Shown piece by piece: positions 52,116 to 63,400 of a stretch of 64,000 nt of DNA (positions within the stretch are counted from its first letter, which is position 1; every line of letters starts with the position of its first letter). A program made the translations under genes and the position numbers. Origin of the DNA: an uncultured Acidobacteriota bacterium (GTDB lineage Bacteria > Acidobacteriota > Blastocatellia > RBC074); contig CAWCKY010000004.1 in the NCBI GenBank assembly GCA_963796275.1, positions 256,001 to 320,000 on the forward strand, in the 5' to 3' direction. The notes below the pieces were generated by a model. It was not told the DNA's origin and searched no databases. It saw only the letters and a list, made by a program, of their open reading frames with translations.

Positions 52116-55100
52116 TTAGAACTTCAGTTTCAGCGCCAACTGAATCTGCCTTGGGTTGAAGACATCGCGCGTCGACATAAAGCCCGCCACCGGAGCCACG
52201 TTCAGATTGCTGCTGCCGTAGAACGTGCTGATGTCACGTATATTGACCCGATTGAACAGATTGAAGAAATCGACGCTGAATTCGCTGTTCAATCTCTCTG
52301 TGAATTTGATCGGTCGCGCCACCCGCGCATCGACCGACGCGAAGCGTGGCCCCATCAACGTGTTGCGCCCGAGAACCCCCGGTCGGTCCGAGAGCGGGTT
52401 CCCGTCAGCGTTCGCGTCGAAGCCGGTGAAGACCGTGAAGGGTCTCCCGCTCTCGATCGCCACCAGCGAACTGAACTTGAAATCACGCAGCAACGGTACC
52501 CCCTTCGGCACCTGCTCGAGGAACGAGAGGGTGAACCGATGCGCCAAATGCTGGCGTGACAGCGCCCACTCGCTCAACCCAGGCGCTTGCGGAAAATCAT
52601 TCAGGGCCGCCGACGAATCGACCCCTCCGTCTGACATCGTCTTCGAGAAGGTGTAGCTCCCATGTACCCCAAACCCTAGGCCGAATCGCCTCTCGATGTC
52701 TAATGTCCCGCCATGATAGGCCGTGTCTCCCAGGTTGGTGACGAAGACTATGTCGCCCAGTTCGGGAAATACCCGCGACCCGAAGAATGGTTGGCCAGGC
52801 GCCGGCGGCCCCATCGGCCCGACCGGCGGCGCTGGCGTCACCACCGCATTCAGGTTGCCCGAGCGTCCAATCAGCTTCACGCCATGCACGTACAGATATC
52901 CGGCAGTCAATGCCACGCCGCCCGGGAGTTCTTGCGATATCTGCAGGCTCGCCTGCGTGGTATACGGCGTGTCCAGGTTCCCGACCAATGTATCATTGAG
53001 CGTCGGTCTGCCCATCACCGGCGTCTGCCCCGTTGTCAGGAAGGTGAGCGTCGCCGGCGTCGCCATAGGTCCAGTCACGATCGTCTGGCTGAAACGGCCG
53101 CCGAACGTGGTCACACCCGGGAACAGTACCGCCGCATTCGGCAGATTGCCTCGGTTATTATATTCGGTCGCGTTGAAGCTCTGCCCGATGCTTGATGCCA
53201 ACCGATCGTTGAATATCCCGAATCCTACTCGCACCACTCCCTTCGGGTTCCAACTGTAGGCCAGCCCGATGCGTGGCTGGAAATTGTTCGTATCTCGATC
53301 CTGAACAAAGCGTGAGGGATAGCCCTCAACGTCATATCGCACTCCATATGTCAGGCTCAACTTCGGTGTCACCCTCCACTGATCCTGGACGAAGCCTCCA
53401 AAGATGCTGTGATTGAGCGTGAACCCGGTGCTGTTTGCGTAGACGCTCGGCAACGCCTGCGTGAACGGCACAGGCACCTGATAACCTGGTGCCGCCGCCG
53501 AACTCGGCCACCAGAAGACTGCCGGGCCCATGGTCGGATCCGGCGCCGCCGTCGGCGTGAAACCTAACAGCCGGGGCAGCGTCGGAAAGATGATCCTCGC
53601 CGGGAAAAACAGATTCCACATGCTCTCGTCATGCAAATAGTTGTAATCCCCTCCGAACTTGAACTGATGCGCCCCTCTGGAATAGCTGAAGTTGTCCGTC
53701 ACTTGTATCCGGTCTTCCTGATAGTAGTCCAGGTCGGCCGGGTTCTTGCCCATCGTCAAGAGGTTGCTCACCTCGATCGTCGGCTCGCTGTTGACGCTCG
53801 GAAACCCGAAACTCCGCCTCGCCAATTGCAACCTCGCCTCGTTCGATGCGCGCGGCGAGAGCACTGAAATGAAAGTCCCTACCACCGACTGGTCGTCTGC
53901 GCTGTTGTTGCGGGCGCTCGATGAAAGGGAGGCCGCGCGACTCCCGCCGCCCAGGAAGTTGCTGGTATCCGCGGTCAGGTAGTTGTAGCGCAGCGAGAGG
54001 GCGCTGGCCCCAATCACATGGTCGACCTTCCCCAGGAATTGATCGTAGTTGTTCGAGCGAACCTGATTGAGTGTTTCCGGCACCAGATTGAATTGGGAGC
54101 GGAAGGCATTGATCGCCCCCAGGTTGCTCTGGATCACCTGCGCGAAGCGGTTCGATTCGTCGCGCCGCTGACCTTCATAGTTGACGAAGTAGAAGGTGCT
54201 GTCTTTCTTGATCGGCCCGCCGAAGGTCGACCCGTACTGGTGCTGCCGCAGCACGGCGGCGCCGGGAGCATTGAGGATCGATTGCGCGTTGAGCGCGTCG
54301 TTGATGCCGAAATAGTAGACCGATCCGTTCACACTATTACCGCCGGAGCGCGTGATAATGTTGACGAAGCCGCCGCTGGCTCGCCCGTATTCGGCCAGAT
54401 AGGTTGAATTGAGTACGCGAAACTCGCTCGCCGCCTCCTGCGACGGCGTCGCGCGCGGCAGTCCGGTGAAGGTCTGTATGTTATCGGCTCCGTCCACCTG
54501 GATCAGCGTGCTGAGTTCATTCTGGCCGGCGAATGACAGGCGCGGCGCCGCGACCGCTCCGACGCCGACATCCGGCTCCTTGAAAACGCCGCCGAAGATG
54601 GCCTCACGTCCTACCGCGATCCCGCTCGATAGTTTGACGAAGTCTACGAAGTTGCGCCCGATGTTGGGCAGCCCTTGAATCTCGTCCTCAGAGACCATGC
54701 GGCTCATATCTGTCTTGTTGGGCTCCGTATATGGATTATTCACATCGATATCCACTTTGTCGGAGACTCCGCCCACTTCCATCTGCACATCTTTGTTGGT
54801 CGTGCCGCCGACGTACAGTATCAGATTTCTCTGAATCAGCAGCTTAAAGCCGGCCGCCTGGACCTGCAACTCATAGTTGCCCGGCTCCAGAAAGGCGAAC
54901 ACATACCGCCCAGCATTGTCGCTCGTGACCTGACGCGATTTGCCGGTCGCGTTGTTTTTGACGGTGATGGTCGCCTCCTTTATTACCTCCCCTTGCTCAT
55001 TACGAACAACTCCCGAGAGCGTAGCTGTCGGAGTCTGTCCGTAGCCGACGACGGCGACCGCCATCAGCAGCAAGAGCAATACGGCTGATTTCGAGACAAG

Positions 55101-55124
55101 AACGCTAATTTTCTGCTTGGTCAT
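52116..55124 (-). CDS. Oar-like TonB-dependent receptor TBDR2 (N-terminal type A, barrel type X)
   Basis: Same architecture; start MTKQK at 55124 by RBS and by analogy with TBDR4. Confidence 0.93.
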   Translation of the reverse strand: MTKQKISVLVSKSAVLLLLLMAVAVVGYGQTPTATLSGVVRNEQGEVIKEATITVKNNATGKSRQVTSDNAGRYVFAFLEPGNYELQVQAAGFKLLIQRNLILYVGGTTNKDVQMEVGGVSDKVDIDVNNPYTEPNKTDMSRMVSEDEIQGLPNIGRNFVDFVKLSSGIAVGREAIFGGVFKEPDVGVGAVAAPRLSFAGQNELSTLIQVDGADNIQTFTGLPRATPSQEAASEFRVLNSTYLAEYGRASGGFVNIITRSGGNSVNGSVYYFGINDALNAQSILNAPGAAVLRQHQYGSTFGGPIKKDSTFYFVNYEGQRRDESNRFAQVIQSNLGAINAFRSQFNLVPETLNQVRSNNYDQFLGKVDHVIGASALSLRYNYLTADTSNFLGGGSRAASLSSSARNNSADDQSVVGTFISVLSPRASNEARLQLARRSFGFPSVNSEPTIEVSNLLTMGKNPADLDYYQEDRIQVTDNFSYSRGAHQFKFGGDYNYLHDESMWNLFFPARIIFPTLPRLLGFTPTAAPDPTMGPAVFWWPSSAAAPGYQVPVPFTQALPSVYANSTGFTLNHSIFGGFVQDQWRVTPKLSLTYGVRYDVEGYPSRFVQDRDTNNFQPRIGLAYSWNPKGVVRVGFGIFNDRLASSIGQSFNATEYNNRGNLPNAAVLFPGVTTFGGRFSQTIVTGPMATPATLTFLTTGQTPVMGRPTLNDTLVGNLDTPYTTQASLQISQELPGGVALTAGYLYVHGVKLIGRSGNLNAVVTPAPPVGPMGPPAPGQPFFGSRVFPELGDIVFVTNLGDTAYHGGTLDIERRFGLGFGVHGSYTFSKTMSDGGVDSSAALNDFPQAPGLSEWALSRQHLAHRFTLSFLEQVPKGVPLLRDFKFSSLVAIESGRPFTVFTGFDANADGNPLSDRPGVLGRNTLMGPRFASVDARVARPIKFTERLNSEFSVDFFNLFNRVNIRDISTFYGSSNLNVAPVAGFMSTRDVFNPRQIQLALKLKF

Positions 55125-55160
55125 ATTGATCAGCTCCAAATGTTCACTTTAATGTTGATT

Positions 55161-56111
55161 CTAGGGGCGACTTCTAAAATTGAAATTCAAGATGCCCTGC
55201 ACCTTGATCGGCGCGCCGTTGAGCGTGGTCGGTCTGAAGACCCATTTTAATGCCGCATCAACTGCCGCGAGGCGGAGAGTCTCGTGACCGCTAATGGCCT
55301 TGGCATCAATGACGCGTCCCGATTCCGAGATCGTTACCTGTACCTTCACCGTTCCGTAAGCCTTCAACATCCTGGCAGTCGGCGGGTAGACCGCTTCTAC
55401 TCTGGTGACGGCATTCCCAACCAGTACATTGTCAACTACCTGTTGGATACCTTGGGGCTGGCCCGGTTGAGAAGAACTCTGAAACCGGCTGGGGGGCGGT
55501 GGCGGCACATCTTCCGGCGGCGATAAGGGCTGTTGCCCATCCAGGTTGGCCGTCAGAACGTCATTATCCATAGGTAAAAGCGATTGAGGTTTCACCTGGG
55601 GCGGCAATTCGATACGTGGCTCATTGGCGTCGATGCTGGGGAGTGTGACCGGCCTATTCCGCACATATTCCTCCATCCGACCGGAGAGCAGCATTGGTAG
55701 ATCGCTCAATCGTCTGGCCGAATAGAGCTGTTCGCCATACTCGACAACTCCGAAATTGTAAGCAACTCTGCCAGTGAGACCTCTTTTGAAAGATCCAATC
55801 GAGAATGTGATCACTACCTTGTGCCCATCCGGTAACGTCGCATTGCCTTCCAGACAAGCAGGCAGGTCCGGCACTTCATTACTGGGCGCCGTAGTTGCCT
55901 CTCCGCATTCTGACAATTGCCAAATTACACCGGCGCGCGGGCCAACAAGTTGGTTGAACCAGAGGGGCAGAGAAACATTCGGCAATCCAGGATCCAGATC
56001 GGATGCAGGTGTGCGTTGTACTAAAGCTAACGCCTGCTTTTCCAGCGAGTCCGTTTGCAACAACGTACTAACCCATAGGCACAACACAATAGCGATCGCT
56101 GAGACCTTCAT
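55161..56111 (-). CDS. TonB family protein (N-terminal globular domain, Pro-rich linker, TonB_C)
   Basis: YPPTAR...GTVKVQVTISESGRV...AALKWVFRPT...G-x-PIKV; N-terminal hydrophobic segment. Confidence 0.88.
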   Translation of the reverse strand: MKVSAIAIVLCLWVSTLLQTDSLEKQALALVQRTPASDLDPGLPNVSLPLWFNQLVGPRAGVIWQLSECGEATTAPSNEVPDLPACLEGNATLPDGHKVVITFSIGSFKRGLTGRVAYNFGVVEYGEQLYSARRLSDLPMLLSGRMEEYVRNRPVTLPSIDANEPRIELPPQVKPQSLLPMDNDVLTANLDGQQPLSPPEDVPPPPPSRFQSSSQPGQPQGIQQVVDNVLVGNAVTRVEAVYPPTARMLKAYGTVKVQVTISESGRVIDAKAISGHETLRLAAVDAALKWVFRPTTLNGAPIKVQGILNFNFRSRP

Positions 56112-57094
56112 ATCCCTCCTGGTACTCTTACAGCGAACACTCCCAGTTGATAACGGCGCGGAAAGCCCTTTATGAGCTCATGAATACCTAAGAATGGGGC
56201 AGTGAGAAGGCTGCAGCGTGACCGCAGCTTAGATGTGCAAAAATGTATATACACAGCCAGACCACTCCAGTCGAGACTAGGCCGACTACTATCCATTATC
56301 TAGGAAGAGGAGTAGGACATTTACCCGGCAATTACCAATATGTTGTTAACTGTTAGGGAAATTGTCCCGTATGTCTCGGTTTAGGAAATGAGGCATCCGC
56401 TAACGATACACCGGACGACTCGTTTCTAAGAGCGTGTTTTCAAGAGGCTTCAGCCGGTACTGATTGCAGGGTGCGGACGAACAACTCTACCCGAACGATC
56501 AGTCCATTAGATTTGGACCGATCCATTCATGTCGGGGCTTTATTGGGGTGCGTTAATTAGCGTCTGCGTAATCGGATCGATTTATAGATCGTCAAACGCA
56601 GCGATGAGGAAAAAGGGTTCGTTGTTCTGCTCGCCGTTGGAAAGTTGAGCGAACTTTCGTCCGGGCTCAGTTTTTTGTCGTCGATTAAGGGTTAATCAAG
56701 CGACGACGAAGTGTACCTGCTGATAACGAGCGAAACTCTTACTTTACATTTCAATGATCGGACCGAAGCTTGCTCGGGTAGCATGAATGTGTTAAACACG
56801 CTTTAACCGAAATTTGTCCGCAAAGTCTTAGTTAAATTACTACAATGTGAGCGGTTTCCAATGTGCAAATGACTTCTTAAGCACGTAACGCAAACAGTAC
56901 CCGTTTCGTCATGTTCTGTCAACAGGAAACCCGTCCGAGGTTCGCTCATCGCAAGCGCGTTATCGCGAAACCATCTCCGCGGTAATCTTAAATTCCTCTG
57001 TTCGCAGGTTGTCACGCGTATGATATTAAACGGAGAGCGGGACGGTCATCAATTTGGCTCTAACATCCGAGTAAGTGCGGTTGCGCCGGGAATC

Positions 57095-57220
57095 AGTTTT
57101 CAGTTTCAGTTTTTAGTTTTTAGTTTTTAGTTTTTAGCCACTCATTCTGAATGCTAAAAATTGAAATCTGAAAACCGAAATCTGAAAACTAAAAACTAAA
57201 AACTGAAAACTGAAAACTGT
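57095..57220. repeat. Heptamer-armed palindrome downstream of TBDR3
   Basis: (TTTTTAG)n-CCACTCATTCTGAATG-(CTGAAAA/CTAAAAA)n. Confidence 0.85.
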
Positions 57221-57231
57221 AACCCGTCTTC

Positions 57232-60222
57232 TCAAAATTTCAGCTTGAAGCCGACTTGGATCTGCCTCGGATTGAAGACATCACTCGGCGTACCGAAGCT
57301 GGCTACCGGAGGCACGTTCAGATTGCTGCTGCCGTAAAACGTGGTGAGATTCCGGATATTACTCCGGTTGAACAGATTGAAGAAATCAACGTTGAATTCG
57401 CTGTTCAATCTTTCCGTCAGTCTGATCGGTCGCGCAACCCGCGCATCGACTGAGGCGAAGCCTGGCCCCATCAACGTGCTGCGCCCAAGAAATCCCGGTC
57501 GGTCCGAGAACGGGTTGCCGTCAGCGTTGGCGTCGAATCCGGTGAAGACCGTGTAGGGTCTCCCGCTCTCGATCGCCACCAGCGAACTGAACCTGAAATC
57601 ACGCAGCAACGGCACGCCCTTCGGCACCTGCTCGAGGAACGAGAGCGTGAACCGATGCGCTAAATGCTGGCGCGACAGCGCCCACTCGCTAACCCCAGGC
57701 GCTTCGGGAAAGTCACCCAGGCTTGTCGGCGAATCGACTCCGCCGTCTGACATTGTCTTTGCGAAGGTGTAGCTCCCGTGAACTCCAAACCCCAGTCCGA
57801 ATCGCTTCTCGAGCTCCAATGTTCCGCTATGATAGACCGAGTCTCCCTGGTTGGTGAGGAAGAAGGCGTCGCCCAGTTCCATGAAGGTCCGCGCCCCGAA
57901 GTATGGTTTGCCAGGCGCCGGCGGCGGTCCCATCAGATTCATAGGCACCGGCGTCGCCACAGCATTCAGGTTGGGCGTGCGGCCCAACAGCTTCGTTCCA
58001 TGCACATACAGATAGCTAGCTGTCAGAGCCATCCCGCCCGGGAGTTCTTGCGACATCTGCAGGCTCGCCTGCGTGGTATAGGGCGTGTCCAGGTTCCCGT
58101 CCAACGAATCATTGAGCGTCGGCAACCCGGCCGCCGGCGTCCGCCCCGTTGCCAGGAAGTTGATCGCCGCCGTCGTCGCCCCAGGCCCGGGGAGGATCGT
58201 CTGGCTGTAGCGGCCGCCGAAAGGTGCCACACCTGGGAACAGCACAGACGAATTCGGCAGATTGCCGCGGTTATTATATTCGACCGTATTGAAGGCCTGC
58301 CCGATGCTCGGCGCCAGCCGATCGTTGAAAAGCCCGAATCCGAGCCGCACAACTCCCTTCTGGTTCCAATTATAGGCCAGCCCGATTCGTGGCTGGACAT
58401 TGTTCATATCACGTTTCTGAATATAGCGTGAGGGATAGCCCTCGACGTCATATCGCACGCCATATGTCAGGCTCAGCTTCTGGGTCACCTTCCATTGATC
58501 CTGGACGAAGCCTCCAATGATGCTGTGATTGAGCCGGAAATTGTTGGCATCTCCGTATGCGTCCGGGAACGCCTGCGTGAACGGCACCGGCACCTGATAA
58601 CCACCCGGCGAACTCACCAGGGTCGGCCACCAGAAGAGCACCGGGCCCGTGGTCGGACTCGGCACCGTCGTCGGCGAGAAATTCAACAGCCGGTCCAGCG
58701 TCGGAAAGATGATCCGCGCCGGGAAGAACAGATTCCACACGCTCTCGTCATGCAAATAGTTGTAATCCCCTCCGAACTTGAACTGATGCGCCCCTCGGGT
58801 ATAGCTGAAGTTGTCCGTCACCTGTATGCGGTCTTCCTTATAGAAGTCCAGGTCGGCCACGTTCCTGCCCGTCGACAAGAGATTGCTCACCTCGAACGTG
58901 GGCTCGAAGACGGTGCTCGGAAAATTGAAACTACGCCTCGACAATTGCAACCGCGCCTCGTTCGACGCGCGCGGCGAGAGCGCTGAAATGAAAGTCCCGA
59001 CCACAGCCTGGTCGTCCGTGTTGTTGTTGCGCGCACTCGTTGAACTGGAGCCGAGAGTTCCCGGCCCGAGAAAGTTGGTGGTATCCGCGGTCAGGTAGTT
59101 GTAGCGCAGCGAGAGCGCATTGTCCCCGATCACATGGTTGACCTTCCCCAGGAATTGATCGTAATTGTTCGAGCGGACCTGATTGAGAGTTTCCCGCGCC
59201 ACCAGGTTGAATCGGGCGCGGAAAGCGTTGAGCCCCGCCAGGTTTTGCTGAGTCACCTGCGGAAAGCGGTTCGATTCGTCGCGCCGCTGGCCTTCATAGT
59301 TGACGAAGTAGAAGGTGCTGTCTTTCTTGATCGGGCCGCCGAGAGTCGCCCCGTACTGGTGCTGCCGCAGCACGTCGGCATCGGGAGTATTGAGGATCGA
59401 GCGGGCGTTGAGCGCGTCATTCATCCCGAAATAATAGACCGATCCATTCACACTATTACCGCCCGAGCGCGTAATGATATTGACGAAGCCTCCCATGGCT
59501 CGTCCGTATTCGGCCAGATAAGTTGAATTGAGTACGCGAAACTCGCTGGCCGCTTCCTGCGACGGCGTCGCGCGCGGCAAGCCGGTGAAGGTCTGTATGT
59601 TATCGGCTCCGTCCACCTGGATCAAAGTGGCTAGTTCCAGCTGGCCCGCGAATGACAGGCGCGGCGCCGCGACCGCCCCAACGCCGACGTCCGGCTCTTT
59701 GAACACCCCGGGGGTGATGTTCTCACGTCCCAGAGTGACCCCGCTCGAGAGTTTCACGAAGTCAACGAAGTTTCGCCCGATGTTGGGTAACGACTCGATC
59801 TCTTCCGTCTCGATCACCCGACTCAGCCCGGCTCCGTTCGGCTCGATCAACGGCTCTCGCTCCTCGATCGTAACCTGTTCCGTTAGCTCGCCCACACTCA
59901 TCGATATATCCGCCACTAACGCACCACCGACGCTCAGCGTCAGACCGCTCTTAAGAGCGACCTTGTAACCCGACGCCTCAACCCGCAACTCATAACTGCC
60001 CGGCTCCAGGTTGGTGAAACTATACCGCCCCGCGTTATCAGTCAAAATCGTGCGTGTCTTCCCGGTCGCGATGTGTCTGACTTTAACGGCCGCTCCAGGA
60101 ATAATCCCCTTTTGTTGGTCGCGCACGACTCCGGAGAGCGTCGCGGTCGGAGTCTGCGCGCAGATCCCGATAGCCACCAACAACAAAGCAGCCAAAACCG
60201 AGTAAAATTTCGCCTTGAGCAT
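57232..60222 (-). CDS. Oar-like TonB-dependent receptor TBDR3 (N-terminal type B, barrel type Y)
   Basis: Same architecture; start MLKAK at 60222 by analogy with TBDR1. Confidence 0.93.
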   Translation of the reverse strand: MLKAKFYSVLAALLLVAIGICAQTPTATLSGVVRDQQKGIIPGAAVKVRHIATGKTRTILTDNAGRYSFTNLEPGSYELRVEASGYKVALKSGLTLSVGGALVADISMSVGELTEQVTIEEREPLIEPNGAGLSRVIETEEIESLPNIGRNFVDFVKLSSGVTLGRENITPGVFKEPDVGVGAVAAPRLSFAGQLELATLIQVDGADNIQTFTGLPRATPSQEAASEFRVLNSTYLAEYGRAMGGFVNIITRSGGNSVNGSVYYFGMNDALNARSILNTPDADVLRQHQYGATLGGPIKKDSTFYFVNYEGQRRDESNRFPQVTQQNLAGLNAFRARFNLVARETLNQVRSNNYDQFLGKVNHVIGDNALSLRYNYLTADTTNFLGPGTLGSSSTSARNNNTDDQAVVGTFISALSPRASNEARLQLSRRSFNFPSTVFEPTFEVSNLLSTGRNVADLDFYKEDRIQVTDNFSYTRGAHQFKFGGDYNYLHDESVWNLFFPARIIFPTLDRLLNFSPTTVPSPTTGPVLFWWPTLVSSPGGYQVPVPFTQAFPDAYGDANNFRLNHSIIGGFVQDQWKVTQKLSLTYGVRYDVEGYPSRYIQKRDMNNVQPRIGLAYNWNQKGVVRLGFGLFNDRLAPSIGQAFNTVEYNNRGNLPNSSVLFPGVAPFGGRYSQTILPGPGATTAAINFLATGRTPAAGLPTLNDSLDGNLDTPYTTQASLQMSQELPGGMALTASYLYVHGTKLLGRTPNLNAVATPVPMNLMGPPPAPGKPYFGARTFMELGDAFFLTNQGDSVYHSGTLELEKRFGLGFGVHGSYTFAKTMSDGGVDSPTSLGDFPEAPGVSEWALSRQHLAHRFTLSFLEQVPKGVPLLRDFRFSSLVAIESGRPYTVFTGFDANADGNPFSDRPGFLGRSTLMGPGFASVDARVARPIRLTERLNSEFNVDFFNLFNRSNIRNLTTFYGSSNLNVPPVASFGTPSDVFNPRQIQVGFKLKF

Positions 60223-60284
60223 TTTAAATCTCCATAAGTTGAACCCCGCCCGGGACTCTATTAACTGCACAGGTTACCTATATT

Positions 60285-60320
60285 AAACGAAACCGGCGGA
60301 GGATTGAACCTCTCGCCGGT
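60285..60320 (-). terminator. Intrinsic terminator-like hairpin between TBDR4 and TBDR3
   Basis: ACCGGCGAGAGG-loop-CCTCCGCCGGT followed by TTCGTTT. Confidence 0.65.
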
Positions 60321-60411
60321 GATGAGAGAATGGATCAATACAGCAGGCAGTAGCGAGCGAGTCTCCACCAACCGATAAAGACTCGCCAGCCACCGCTCGC
60401 AGTACTGGTTT

Positions 60412-63400
60412 TTAGAACTTCAGTTTCAGCGCCAACTGAATCTGCCTCGGATTGAAGACCTCGCTCGGCGTGCCGAAAACGGCTACCGGAGGCATGTTCA
60501 GATTGCTGCTGCCATAGAAGGTGTTGAGGTTACGGATATTAACCCGGTTGAACAGATTGAAGAAATCGACGCTGAATTCGCTGCTCAATCTCTCCGTAAA
60601 TTTTACCGGTCGCGCGACCCGCGCATCGACCGAGGCAAAGCCTGGACCAATCAACGTGTTCCGCCCGAGTGCTCCCGGTCGGTCCGAGAACGGGTTGCCG
60701 TCAGCGTTGGCGTCGAATCCGGTGAAGACCGTGTAGGGTTTGCCGCTCTCTATCCCCACCAGCGAACTGAACCTGAAATCACGCAGAAACGGCACTCCCC
60801 TCGGCACCTGCTCCAGGAACGAGAGCGTGAACCGATGCGCCACATGCTGTCGTGCCAGCGCCCACTCGCTCACCCCGGGCGCTTCGGGAAAGTCCGTCAG
60901 GCTCGTCGGCGAATCGACACTTCCGTCTGACATCGTCTTCGAGAAGGTGTAGCTCCCGTGAACGCCAAACCCGAGACCGAATCGCTTCTCGAGCTCTAAT
61001 GTCCCGCTATGATAGGCAGAGTCACCCACGTTGGTGAGGAAGAAGGCATCGCCCAGTTCGGGGAAGGTTCGAGCCCCAAAGTATGGTTTGCCGGGCGCCG
61101 GCGGCGGTCCCATCAACATCGCAGGCACCGGCGTCACCACCGCATTCAGGTTGGGCGTGCGTCCCAGCAGCTTCGTTCCATGCACGTACAGATATCCGGC
61201 CGTCAGAGCCATGCCGCCCGGCAGTTCTTGCGACATCTGCAGGCTCGTCTGCGTGGTATACGGCGTGTCCAGGGTCCCGTCCAATGTATCATTGAGGGTT
61301 GGAATGCCAGCCGCCGGAGTCTGTCCCGTTGTTATGAAGTTGATCGCCGCCGTCGTCGCCAGCGGCGCGGGGAGGATCGTCTGGCTGTAGCGGCCGTTGA
61401 AATTGACCGCACCGGGGAACAATATCTGCGAATTCGGCAGATTGCCGCGGTTGTTATACTCGACCGTGTTGAATATCTGCCCGATGCTCGGTGCCAGCCG
61501 ATCGTTGAAGAGCCCGAATCCGGCCCGTATGACTCCCTTCTGGTTCCAATTGTAGGCCAGCCCGATTCGCGGCTGGACGTTGTTCATGTCGCGATTCACA
61601 ATATATTTCGAGGGATAGCCCTCGACGTCATATCGCACTCCGTATGTCAGGCTCAACTTCTGGGTCACCTTCCACTGATCCTGGAAGAAGCCTCCAATGA
61701 TGCTGTGATTGAGCCGGAAATTGTTGGCATCTCCGTAGGCGTTCGGGAACGCCTGCGTGAACGGCACAGGCACCTGATAACCGCCCGGCGAACTCAGCAG
61801 GGTCGGCCACCAGAAGATCACCGGGCCCTGGGTCGGATCCAGCGGCGACGTCGTCGGCGAGAAGCTCAACAACTGCTGCAGGTTGGGAAAGATGATCCGC
61901 GCCGGGAAGAACAGATTCCACACGCTCTGGTCGCGCAGATAGTTGTAATCGCCCCCGAACTTGAACTGATGCGCCCCTCGGGTATAGCTGAAGTTGTCCG
62001 TCACCTGTATGCGGTCTTCCTTATAAAAGTCCAGGTCGGCCGCGTTCCTGCCCGTCGACAGGAGGTTGGTCACCTCGAGCAGTGGATCGAAGACGGTGCT
62101 CGGAAAATTGAAAGTGCGCCTCGACAATTGCAACCGCGCCTCGTTCGACGCGCGCGGCGAGAGCGCTGAAATGAAAGTGCCTACCACTCCCTGGTCCTCG
62201 GTGTTGTTGTTGCGCGCACTCGTTGAATTGGAGCCGAGAGTTCCCGGCCCGAGAAAGTTGGTGGTATCCGCGGTCAGGTAGTTGTAGCGCAGCGAGAGCG
62301 CATTGTCCCCGATCACATGGTTGATCTTCCCCAGGAATTGATCGTAGTTGTTCGAGCGAATCTGATCGATCGTTTCCGGTGTCAGATTGAATCGAGCTTT
62401 TAATGCGTTGAGCGCCGCCAGGTTCTGCTGAGTCACCTGCGGGAAGCGGTTCGATTCGTCGCGCCGCTGGCCTTCATAGTTGACGAAATAGAAGGTGCTG
62501 TCTTTCCTGATCGGGCCGCCGAGGGTCGCTCCGTATTGGTGCTGCCGTAGCACGTCAGTGGTGGGAGTATTGAGAATCGATTGCGCGTTGAGCGCGTCAT
62601 TCAACCCAAAATAGTAGGCAGATCCGTTCACATTATTACCGCCGGAGCGGGTGATGATGTTGACGAAGCCTCCCATGGCTCGCCCGTATTCGGCCAGGTA
62701 GGTTGAATTGAGTATACGAAACTCGCTGGCCGCCTCCTGCGACGGCGTGGCGCGCGGCGTCCCGGTGAAGGTCTGTACGCTATCGGCTCCGTCCACCTGG
62801 ATCAGGGTGTAGAGTTCCAGCTGGCCTCCGAATGAGAGGCGGGGCGCCGCGACTGCTCCGACGCCGACATCCGGCTCCTTGAACACTCCGGGGGTATTGT
62901 TTTCACGTCCCTGAGTGACGTTACTTGAGAGTTTGACGAAGTCGACGAAGTTGCGCCCGATGTTGGGCAGCCCTTGAATCTCGTCTTCAGCGACGATGCG
63001 GCTCATGTCGACCTTGTTGGACTCCGTATATGGATTCTTCACATCGATGTTCACCGTGTCTGAGATCCCGCCCACATCCATCTTCACATCTCTGGTGGTC
63101 GAGCCGCCGACGTAAAGTATCAGATTTCTCTGAATGAGCAGCTTAAAGCCGGCTGCCTGGAACTCTATCTCATAGCTGCCCGGCTCCAGAAAGGCGAATA
63201 CATACCGCCCATCACTGTCGGTCGTGACCTGACGCGCCTTGCCGGTAGCGTTGTTCTTGACGGTGACGGTCGCCTCCTTTATTACCTCCCCTTGCTCATT
63301 GCGAACAACTCCCGAGAGCGTAGCTGTGGGAGTCTGTCCGAAGCCGATGGCGCACGCCATCAGCAGCAAGAGCAATACGGCTGATTTCGAGACAAGAATG

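Noticed and set aside
56112-56400. Cobalamin riboswitch upstream of the TonB/TBDR operon
   Set aside because: No B12-box or GGGAA...GCCACTG consensus recognised on the minus strand.
49014-62281. Many plus-strand ORFs antisense to the TBDRs, some duplicated (including 61009-62169)
   Set aside because: Shadow ORFs from codon bias; their duplication simply mirrors the duplicated receptors.
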